A stretch of DNA of 64,000 nt from Candidatus Multivoradales bacterium (GTDB taxonomy: Bacteria > Acidobacteriota > Thermoanaerobaculia > Multivoradales > JAHEKO01), in contig CBDCXM010000009.1 of NCBI GenBank assembly GCA_965223855.1, forward strand, positions 736,001 to 800,000. Reading direction: 5' to 3'. Every line of letters begins with the position of its first letter. The first letter of the stretch is position 1. The notes below the pieces were generated by a model that was given only the letters and a program-made list of their open reading frames with translations, was not told where the DNA came from and made no database searches. The position numbers were made by a program, and so were the translations under genes. Positions 56,545 through 64,000 of this stretch are shown piece after piece.

Positions 56545-56735
56545 TCCGAGCGCTGGTCCTCTACAAGAGATGGTTGTCCCCGCTGCTTCCCGAGTCGTGC
56601 CGCTTCACTCCGAGTTGCTCGGAGTACATGAGGCTGGCGATTCTCAAGCACGGGGTGGTGCGCGGGGTGTTGAAGGGGTCGTGGCGGGTGATGCGCTGCA
56701 ACCCGTTCGTCCGTGGCGGGGTCGACCTGCCGTGA
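56502..56735 (+). CDS. yidD: Membrane protein insertion efficiency factor (start uncertain)
   Basis: Y...LSP, CRFTPSCSEY, RVMRCNPF..GG.D; between rnpA and yidC. Confidence 0.9.
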   Translation: MAAAGERGFVVRALIRALVLYKRWLSPLLPESCRFTPSCSEYMRLAILKHGVVRGVLKGSWRVMRCNPFVRGGVDLP

Positions 56736-56774
56736 GCGCCTCCGAACCGAGAACGGCGTAGCCGAGGGAGAGTG

Positions 56775-58529
56775 ATGGAGACCCGTCGATTACTGCTGGC
56801 CGCCCTGCTGTCGATGGGGGTCCTGCTGGTGTGGCAGAAGCTCTTCCCGGTGGAGCCGGTGAGCACCCCTGACAGCGCGCCTCTGGCGGCGCCCTCGGAG
56901 CAGGTGTCCGAGCCTGCCGCCATCGATCCTCCGCCTGGTTCGGCCGCCGTTGAAGGCGCGCCGACCGAGCCGGCGACGCCTGCGGCCTCTGTTTCCGACT
57001 CCGGGGACTCTGACTCCGGGGACAGCGCCGAGCTCGAACCGGTGAGCGAAGTCGCCGCCGCGGGTGAAGAGACCGTCGTCCTCGAGGACGATCGGGTGCG
57101 AGCCGAGTGGAGCAATCGCGGCGCGCGTCTGGTGCATCTGGAGCTCAAGAACCACCCGGCCAATGACGGCGAAGGGGTGGTCGATCTGGTGCGACGCCGC
57201 TCGGCTTCGCTGGCCCCCTTCAGCCTGGTCGATGCCGAGGGGCAGCCGCTCCCGGTCGACGGAGCGCTGTTCCAGGTCGAGCGGCGCACCGGAGGCGCGA
57301 CCTTCACCTACCGCGGCCCTCTCGGCAGTGCCACCAAGTCGATCGACCTGACCCCGGAGGGCCTCTTCGCGGTCGATGTCGAAGCCGAAGGCGGCTGGCG
57401 TCTGCTGCTCGGCCCCGGGCTGCGCAACCCGACCCCCGAGGAGGCGAAGAACCGCTTCGCCCGTCGGGCGGCGGTCTATCGCCAGGGTGGTTCGACCGAG
57501 CGGGTCGATGCCGCCGGGGCCAAGGAGGCGACGGTCATCAGCGGCACCGGGCTCTCCTGGGTCGGCCTGCAGGATCAGTACTTCCTGGCGGCGGTGCTGC
57601 CGCGCAGCGGTCTGCGCGAGGCGGTCGCCGAGCCGATGCTGTTCGAGGTCGACGAAGGGGGTGTCTATACGTTCCGTCCGCGGCCGCTCGAGCTGACCGA
57701 CGCCGAGAAGGAGCTCGGCTCGGAGCTGCGGGTGCTGCTCGCCCCCGAGGACGGGGCTCTCTCGTTCGACGCCTATCTCGGGTCGAAGCAGTACAGCCTG
57801 CTGTCGACCTTGCCGGGCGGTCTCGAGGGCGCCGTCGACCTCGGCTTCTTCGCCTTCCTCGGACGGCCGCTCCTGATCGCCCTGCACTGGATCTACGACA
57901 ACGTGGTCGCCAACTACGGCTGGGCGATCGTGCTGCTGACGGTGCTGCTGCGCATCGTGCTCTTCCCCCTCAATCACAAGGCGATTGTGTCGATGGAGAA
58001 GATGCAGAAGCTCAACCCGAAGATGCAGGCGATCCGCAACAAGTACCGCAGCAAGCTCAAGGACAAGAAGGGGCGGCCCAACCCCGAGGCGTCCGCCAAG
58101 ATGAACCAGGAGATCATGGATCTCTACAAGCAGGAGGGGGTCAACCCGGCCGGTGGCTGCCTTCCGATGCTCCTCCAGATGCCGGTGCTGTTCGCCTTCT
58201 ACGGCCTTCTGTCGGCCGCGGTGGAGCTGCGCCACGCTCCCTGGATCGGCTGGGTCAATGACCTGTCGGCCCCCGACCCCTTCTACGCGCTGCCGATCGT
58301 CATGGGTGGCAGCATGCTGCTGCAGCAGAAGATGACGCCGACCCAGGCCGATCCGATGCAGCGCCGCATGTTCATGTTCATGCCGATCATCTTCACGGTG
58401 CTGTTCCTCGGCTTTCCGGCCGGCATGGTGCTCTACTGGTTGACCAACAACGTCCTCGCCATCGCTCAGCAGGCGGGCTACAAGCGCTTCCGCAAGGACA
58501 AGGCGGAAGAGGGAGGTAAGAAGTCATGA
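56775..58529 (+). CDS. yidC: Membrane protein insertase YidC
   Basis: NYGWAIVLLT, GVNPAGGCLP, ELRHAPW..W..DLS.PDP, LYW..NN. Confidence 0.97.
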   Translation: METRRLLLAALLSMGVLLVWQKLFPVEPVSTPDSAPLAAPSEQVSEPAAIDPPPGSAAVEGAPTEPATPAASVSDSGDSDSGDSAELEPVSEVAAAGEETVVLEDDRVRAEWSNRGARLVHLELKNHPANDGEGVVDLVRRRSASLAPFSLVDAEGQPLPVDGALFQVERRTGGATFTYRGPLGSATKSIDLTPEGLFAVDVEAEGGWRLLLGPGLRNPTPEEAKNRFARRAAVYRQGGSTERVDAAGAKEATVISGTGLSWVGLQDQYFLAAVLPRSGLREAVAEPMLFEVDEGGVYTFRPRPLELTDAEKELGSELRVLLAPEDGALSFDAYLGSKQYSLLSTLPGGLEGAVDLGFFAFLGRPLLIALHWIYDNVVANYGWAIVLLTVLLRIVLFPLNHKAIVSMEKMQKLNPKMQAIRNKYRSKLKDKKGRPNPEASAKMNQEIMDLYKQEGVNPAGGCLPMLLQMPVLFAFYGLLSAAVELRHAPWIGWVNDLSAPDPFYALPIVMGGSMLLQQKMTPTQADPMQRRMFMFMPIIFTVLFLGFPAGMVLYWLTNNVLAIAQQAGYKRFRKDKAEEGGKKS

Positions 58530-59642
58530 CCCTTTCGCGCAAGTTCTTCTCCGCGCCGACCCCTGACGCGCGCACTTCTCGATGCGGCGCGCCACCACGG
58601 GGTCGAGCCCGATGCGATCGTCTACGAGGTGGTCGACAAGAAGACCGGCTTCGTCAAAGCGCCGCGCGGCGTGTTGATCGAGGTCGACCCCGACGCCCCG
58701 ACCGGCAGCGGCGCCACGGCCGAAGTCTCGACCGAGCGGGCTGAAGCCGCGACGCCGGAGCCGGCCCCGACCGAGCCGGCGCCACCCGCGCCGACACTGA
58801 CCGAGCCGGCTCCCACCAGGGCAGAGCCCGCGGAGCCGATCGAGTCGGCGCCCGATAGCGCCGAAACCCCGACGGCGTCCACACCCTCGCCCTCCGAGCT
58901 GCTGGCGGACGTCGATACTCCCAGCGGCGGGGAGCGCCACGATGTCGACGTCGCCGCTCCGCCCGAGGAGATCGACGAGGCGCCGGCGTCGCCGGCTCTC
59001 GCGGCGGCGACCGAGGAGGCTTCGGCGACACCGGAGGACGCAGCGTTTGCGCCCGGCGACGAGGCAGCCGCGGAGGAACCCGCTGGAGATGTTCCGGAGG
59101 GCGACGAAGAGGAACTGGAGCAGTCGGCGGCAGTTGCCTCGCCGGACGAGGCGAAGGGTGCCGACCCGAGATCGGAGGACGGGCCCAGCCGGGAGAAGGT
59201 AGCTGAGGCGGTGGCGCGCGCGATCGACGATCTCGCCTGCCTCGCCAGTCTCCGCGTCCAGGTGGCGAAGGTCGAGCGCACCGAGGACGGGCTCGAGGTC
59301 GAACTCGAAGGGCCGGACGGTGATCGCCTGGCGGCGCGCGGCGGCCGCGCCCTGCTGGCGATGCAGCACCTGCTGCCGAGGCTGCTGTTTCACGATCTCG
59401 GCGGCGCGTTCCACTGCCGCCTCGACTGCGAAGGGTTTCAGCAGGCTCGCGAGGAGCACTTCGAGGATCTCGCGCGCCGCGCCGCCGACAAGGTGCGCGA
59501 CGGTGGCCGCCCGTGGATGCTCGATCCGATGGCGCCCGACGAGCGGCGACTGGTGCATCTGGCGCTCGCCGGGGACGACAGCGTCGAGACCAACAGCGTC
59601 GGCGAGGGGTTCCTCAAGCGGGTGCGGGTCTCCCCCGCCTGA
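58526..59642 (+). CDS. jag: Jag/KhpB RNA-binding protein; frameshift at about 58560-58563
   Basis: Removing one C gives KFFSAPTLTRALLDAA...YEVVDKKTGF (Jag_N); KH domain and R3H (ERRLVHLAL, SVGEG). Confidence 0.85.
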
Positions 59643-59658
59643 TTGCCGAGCCGGACAG

Positions 59659-59994
59659 CTAGAGGTTGTAGGTCTCGCGCATCGCGAGATAGCGCCTCCA
59701 GGCGCGCTCGTCGAGCCTGGGGTCAAGGTGCGCCTCGAGCAGCGGCAGGAGGTCTTCGCGCAGGGCCACTCCGCGGACCATCCACTGGTAGTAGGACCGG
59801 CCGCCATGGTGGTACGGCCCGTAGAGCTTGCTGCGCGGCAGGCGTGACTGCAGCCAATGGAAGAGCGCCTCGTGGTCGGTGTGCATTCGCAAGGTGACCT
59901 GCGGCTGCTTACCGTCGCCGCCGAAGTGCCCTTCACCGACGAGAATGCCCAACAGGAAGCCGATTTCGAAGTCCGAGAGTTGTTTCACCGTCAA
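59659..59994 (-). CDS. Stand-alone single-motif LAGLIDADG-fold protein
   Basis: FLLGILVGEGHF motif followed by a beta-rich segment (QVTLRM...YYQWMVRG). Confidence 0.75.
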   Translation of the reverse strand: MTVKQLSDFEIGFLLGILVGEGHFGGDGKQPQVTLRMHTDHEALFHWLQSRLPRSKLYGPYHHGGRSYYQWMVRGVALREDLLPLLEAHLDPRLDERAWRRYLAMRETYNL

Positions 59995-60055
59995 GTTTCC
60001 CGTGAAACACCAGCCTGCCCGCTTCTTGTTTCACCGTCAAGTTTCCCGTGAAACA
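59980..60055. repeat. parS: Two identical 30-bp repeats, each containing a parS-like site
   Basis: TTGTTTCACCGTCAAGTTTCCCGTGAAACA at 59980 and 60026; AGTTTCCCGTGAAACA versus the TGTTTCACGTGAAACA consensus; upstream of rsmG-parAB. Confidence 0.85.
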
Positions 60056-60104
60056 TGTGGCGTCCGGGCGAGCGCATCGCTACCATCCTGGCGAAGAGAC
60101 TGCC

Positions 60105-60800
60105 GTGGGTGCCTTGCTGCCAGAGTTGTCGAGAGCGGACTTCGAGTCCCGGCTGTCCCTGGTGGCGCCGAGACCCCTCCAGCCGGAGCCGATCGAGCGG
60201 ATGTGGGCCCATTACCGCGAGCTGGCGCGGTGGAATCGGCGGCTGTCGCTGGTCGGACCGGGAACGGCGGATGAGGTGGTCGAGCGGCACTTCGGCGAGG
60301 CGCTGGCCGCGCTTCCCTGGCTCGAGGGTGGGGAAAAGCTGCTGGACGTCGGCTCGGGCGGAGGGTTTCCCGGTCTGGTGCTGGCGGCTGCCGGGCCCGC
60401 CCTCGAGGTCACCGTCGTCGAGGCACGGGAGCGGAAGTGGTCGTTCCTCTCCGGGGTCGTGCGTCGGGCTCGATTGGAGGCTCGGTGCCTGAATGCTAGA
60501 GTTTCGCCCGCCCCGGGGGACGTGCCGGCGTCGGTCGAGAGTCCGGAGCGCTTCGACATCGTCGCCTGGCGGGCGGTCCGTCTGCCGGTGGCGACGGTCG
60601 AGGATCTGGCCCGCCGGTGCTACAGCATGTGGGTCTGGTGCGGCCGCGAGGAACCCGTGCTCCCGGCGGGTTGGCGCTTCGGGCGGGAGCAGGCGCTGGC
60701 CGGGGCTGCGGGCGGGGAAACAGGACGAAGAATCGTCGAGATGACAGCAGCGAACGACAGCCGGCCTGCCGCCGTGGACTCCAGGAGGTCGAGTCTATGA
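60105..60800 (+). CDS. rsmG: 16S rRNA m7G527 methyltransferase
   Basis: WN..LSL, RHF.E, DVGSGGGFPG, RK..FL, RA; upstream of parA. Confidence 0.88.
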   Translation: MGALLPELSRADFESRLSLVAPRPLQPEPIERMWAHYRELARWNRRLSLVGPGTADEVVERHFGEALAALPWLEGGEKLLDVGSGGGFPGLVLAAAGPALEVTVVEARERKWSFLSGVVRRARLEARCLNARVSPAPGDVPASVESPERFDIVAWRAVRLPVATVEDLARRCYSMWVWCGREEPVLPAGWRFGREQALAGAAGGETGRRIVEMTAANDSRPAAVDSRRSSL

Positions 60801-60855
60801 AGGCTGAGTCCACGAATCCCGAGCCCGGCGGGAACGGGCAAGGCGGGCTGCAAGC

Positions 60856-61611
60856 ATGACGGTGCTGGCGATCGCCAACCAGAAGGGCGGAGTCGGCAAG
60901 ACCACCACCGCGATCAACCTGGCGGCCGCGCTGGCGGCGTTGGAGCACAGGGTGCTGCTGGTCGACAGCGATCCGCAGGGCAACGCGACGCGTGGTCTCG
61001 GGGCGCGCGCCGAGCGGCCGCATCTCTACCACGTGCTGGCCGACGGCGTGGCGATCACCGAAGCGGCGGTGGCGACCTCGCTTCCGCGCCTCGACCTGCT
61101 GGCGAGCGATCGCGATCTGGTGGGGGTGGAGGTCGAGTTCGTCGGCCGGCCCGGCTGGCGACACGTGCTGGAGCGCCGCCTCGCCGCCGTGCGGGAGCGC
61201 TACGACGTGGTGCTGATCGACTGCCCGCCGTCGCTCGGTCACCTCACGGTCGGCGCGCTCACGGCGGCCGACGGCGTTCTGGTACCGCTCCAGTGTGAGT
61301 ACTTCGCCCTCGAGGGGATCAGCGAGCTGGTGCAGACGGTCGGTCGGGTCCGCAACTCCGGCAACCCGCGGCTGGCGATCGCCGGTATCCTGCTGACGAT
61401 GTACGACGACCGCACCAACCTGGCCCGCGACGTGGCGGCGGAGATCCGCGCCCATTTCGGCGGCAAGGTGTTCGAGACGGTGGTGCCGCGCAACGTCCGC
61501 CTCGCCGAGGCGCCGAGCCACGGGTTGCCGATTCTGCAGTACGACATCAAGAGTCGCGGCGCCGAAGCGTATCTGGCGCTGGCCCGCGAGTATCTGTCGA
61601 GGGCGGCCTGA
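60856..61611 (+). CDS. parA: Chromosome partitioning ATPase
   Basis: NQKGGVGKTT, DPQGN, DCPPSLG, QCEYFALEG, LAEAPSHG. Confidence 0.97.
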   Translation: MTVLAIANQKGGVGKTTTAINLAAALAALEHRVLLVDSDPQGNATRGLGARAERPHLYHVLADGVAITEAAVATSLPRLDLLASDRDLVGVEVEFVGRPGWRHVLERRLAAVRERYDVVLIDCPPSLGHLTVGALTAADGVLVPLQCEYFALEGISELVQTVGRVRNSGNPRLAIAGILLTMYDDRTNLARDVAAEIRAHFGGKVFETVVPRNVRLAEAPSHGLPILQYDIKSRGAEAYLALAREYLSRAA

Positions 61612-62429
61612 TGGCGCGGCGCCGGGGTCTCGGCCGGGGGCTCGACGCGCTCCTCGAGGCCGAGGAGTCGGGCCTTCGCACGGTAGCGGTCGAGGCGCTC
61701 GAGCCGAACCGCCTGCAGCCACGTCAGAGTTTCGACGACGACAAGCTGGAGGCGCTGGCGGAATCGATTCGCGCCCAGGGTGTGGTGCAGCCGTTGATCG
61801 TGACGGCCGCCGAGGGTGGCTATCGGATCGTCGCCGGCGAGCGTCGCTGGCGCGCCGCGCAGCGCGCCGGGTTGACAGAGGTACCGGTGGTTGTGCGCGA
61901 GGTGCGTGGCGACCAGGAGCTTCTCGAGCTGGCGCTGGTCGAGAACCTGCAGCGCGCCGACCTCGACCCGATCGAGGAGGCGGAGGCGTTCGCCGCGCTG
62001 GCGAGGAGCTTCGGCCTCACCCAGGAGGAGATCGGGCGTCGAGTCGGTCGCAGCCGCGCTGCCGTCGCCAACAGCCTGCGCCTGTTGCGGCTCGCTCCCG
62101 AGATTCAGGACCTGTTGCGAGACGGTGCCTTGACCGCTGGGCAGGCTCGTCCGCTGGTCGGGCTCGACATCGAGCGGGCCCAGGCGCTGGCCGAGCGCGC
62201 CGCGCGCGAGGGGTGGAGCGCCCGCAAGATCGAGGAGCTCGTCGCTCCCCGGCCGCGACAGCGGCCATCGGCGCAGCCCGACGCGGTGACCGCCGACGCC
62301 GCCGAGCGGCTGACGCGCAAGCTGCAGACCAGGGTCGAGATTCGTCGCCGTGGCAAGGGTGGCGCGATCGTCGTCCACTTTCACGACGAGGAAGAGCTGA
62401 TGAGGCTCTTCGACCGATTCAACCGATAG
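61611..62429 (+). CDS. parB: Chromosome partitioning protein
   Basis: LGRGL, QPR, AGERR.RA, ENLQR.DL, HTH SR.AVAN.LRLL. Confidence 0.97.
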   Translation: MARRRGLGRGLDALLEAEESGLRTVAVEALEPNRLQPRQSFDDDKLEALAESIRAQGVVQPLIVTAAEGGYRIVAGERRWRAAQRAGLTEVPVVVREVRGDQELLELALVENLQRADLDPIEEAEAFAALARSFGLTQEEIGRRVGRSRAAVANSLRLLRLAPEIQDLLRDGALTAGQARPLVGLDIERAQALAERAAREGWSARKIEELVAPRPRQRPSAQPDAVTADAAERLTRKLQTRVEIRRRGKGGAIVVHFHDEEELMRLFDRFNR

Positions 62430-62435
62430 GAGTAT

Positions 62436-62822
62436 ATGGCCATGCCCAAACCGAACGTCCGCGGCGACCTCAACGGCTTCCTCGATGCCGGCAGCCACAT
62501 CGACGGCGAGCTGCACTTCGAGGATACCTTCCGCGTGGATGGCCGCCTGACCGGGAAAGTGGTCTCAAAGGGTGATTTGGTGATCGGAGAAGAGGGTGAA
62601 GTGGACGGAGAGGTTGAAGTAGGGAGGGTTTTTGTCTCTGGTGTGGCCAGAGGTTCGATTGTGGCCCGCGAGCGTGCGGAGCTGACCGCCGGCAGCAAGG
62701 TGTACGCCGACCTTCAGACGCCGACCCTGATCGTCGAGGAGGGTGCCTGGTTCGAGGGTCGCTGCCGGATGCAGCCGCAGGGCGGGAAGGTGCGCCGCCT
62801 GCCGGTCGGCGGTGAGAGCTAG
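62436..62822 (+). CDS. Bactofilin (polymer-forming cytoskeletal protein)
   Basis: I.GEL.F...RVDG..G.V, EEGA.FEG.C.M. Confidence 0.92.
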   Translation: MAMPKPNVRGDLNGFLDAGSHIDGELHFEDTFRVDGRLTGKVVSKGDLVIGEEGEVDGEVEVGRVFVSGVARGSIVARERAELTAGSKVYADLQTPTLIVEEGAWFEGRCRMQPQGGKVRRLPVGGES

Positions 62823-62834
62823 GCAGCGACAGAA

Positions 62835-64000
62835 CTAGTTGAGCGGGGCGGCATCCGGTGCCGCGCGCTCGGTGCCCAGCAGCTCCGGTCCCGGTGGGGC
62901 CGCCTGCTCCAGAGTGAGCGTCTGGTAGGAGGGGACGAAGGTCAGCGGTCGGCGCCCCAGGAAGGCCGGTTCGAACAGGTTGGTCAGCACCCGGCCGTCG
63001 AGGTCGCGCGCGATCGGCAGACCGAGGGCGTAGAGCACCGACGGGAGCAGATCGACCGCCCGCGCCTCCGGCAGACGCTCGCCGCTGCGAATCCCGGGAC
63101 CGCTGATGATGAGGGCGCCATCAGGCTGGCCTGAGCGCGTGCCTTCGAGCGCGGCGTCGCCGGCGAGCGCGAACATCCGCCCGAGCCCGCTGGGGGCGTC
63201 GAAGCCGTAGGGCGAGACGACGACCAGCAGCCGATTGGGGTTCGGGTGCTGTTCATCGAGAGCGGCGAGGAAGCGATCGACCTGACGGTAGTAGGCGCTC
63301 AGCAGCCGGGCCGCCTCCTGGCGAGCCGGGTCCTGGGCGCCCTCGAAGTGCACGCGCGCGAAGGCGCCGTAGTAGCGCTGCGACGCTTCGGCGATGCCCT
63401 CGAGTCGCAGGAACAGGGCGTCGACCTCCGAGCGCTGCTCGAGCAGGAACTCCAGCAGCGACTGGCGCCACAGGTCTTCCGCCAGCGCCTGCAGCAGCGG
63501 GAACGGCAGCGGCTCACCGGAGGCGACGAGCCGCTCGGGCGAGATCTCCTCGGGCGCGACGCGGAACAGCTGACCGCGCTCCGCGAGATCGTGAGGTCGG
63601 GCGTCCGCCGCGCCGCGATCGCCGGCGAAGTAGCGCTCCGAGAAGCCGAACGAGAGCGCCTCGTGCGGCGGGTGCGAGGCCGGCCAGCCGACGACCCCGG
63701 CCGGGATGTCGAGACGGCCGAGCATTTCCCACAGCGTCAGGTGCCGCCGATGACGGGCATCCGTCGGCTCCGGCTCGCCGCCGAAGAAGCCCCACCAGCG
63801 ATAGCCGAACGGCACCAGCCGCAGCGGGCCGGGGATGCCGAGAGCGGTGCGCGGGTAGACGCGCTCCCCCACCACCCGATGCCGGTAGGGGAAGTGGCCG
63901 GTAGCCACGGTCGTCCAGAGCGTGGCGTCGGTGATCGTCGGTGCGGTCCGCAGGCGGGCCGAAACGCCACGCTCCAGCAGACGGGAAAAGAACGGCAGCT
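62835..64000 (-). CDS. Alkaline phosphatase / NPP superfamily protein, 5' end outside the window
   Basis: LPFF..L...G, WTTVATG, VGWP, VDLLPSVLYALGLP...DLDG. Confidence 0.8.
   Translation of the reverse strand, partial: LPFFSRLLERGVSARLRTAPTITDATLWTTVATGHFPYRHRVVGERVYPRTALGIPGPLRLVPFGYRWWGFFGGEPEPTDARHRRHLTLWEMLGRLDIPAGVVGWPASHPPHEALSFGFSERYFAGDRGAADARPHDLAERGQLFRVAPEEISPERLVASGEPLPFPLLQALAEDLWRQSLLEFLLEQRSEVDALFLRLEGIAEASQRYYGAFARVHFEGAQDPARQEAARLLSAYYRQVDRFLAALDEQHPNPNRLLVVVSPYGFDAPSGLGRMFALAGDAALEGTRSGQPDGALIISGPGIRSGERLPEARAVDLLPSVLYALGLPIARDLDGRVLTNLFEPAFLGRRPLTFVPSYQTLTLEQAAPPGPELLGTERAAPDAAPLN

Noticed and set aside
58560-58563. Split jag gene
   Set aside because: One extra C in CCCC; removing it restores Jag_N
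59659-59994. Group I intron or intein hosting the LAGLIDADG ORF
   Set aside because: No interrupted host gene, no intein terminal motifs and no room for an intron core

Overview
High-GC (roughly 70% by eye) bacterial chromosome segment spanning the replication origin. Gene content and style suggest Acidobacteriota, probably Thermoanaerobaculia-like (inference). Core block: gyrA-gyrB-dnaN-oriC-dnaA, then sppA, mutY, recR-ybaB-dnaX-ffs, two tRNA-Ser genes, tadA, rpmH-rnpA-yidD-yidC-jag and rsmG-parA-parB-bactofilin. Also present: an aceE-aceF-lpdA pyruvate dehydrogenase operon, a bacillithiol operon (SAM methyltransferase-bshC-bshB1-bshA), and several secreted or envelope proteins. Most interesting signals: (1) a family of structured repeat elements behind both tRNA-Ser genes, with a shared core but ends that copy their own host tRNA in both orientations; (2) an AhpD-type selenoprotein hidden as two ORFs (CxxU plus a canonical SECIS hairpin); (3) a stand-alone LAGLIDADG-fold gene whose start lies inside a duplicated parS-bearing 30-mer; (4) a perfect sigma-54 promoter in front of an unannotated structured RNA; (5) a recurrent FxDGFESG motif on secreted proteins. 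Several single-base frameshifts in homopolymer runs look like long-read errors. No CRISPR array or rRNA was seen.
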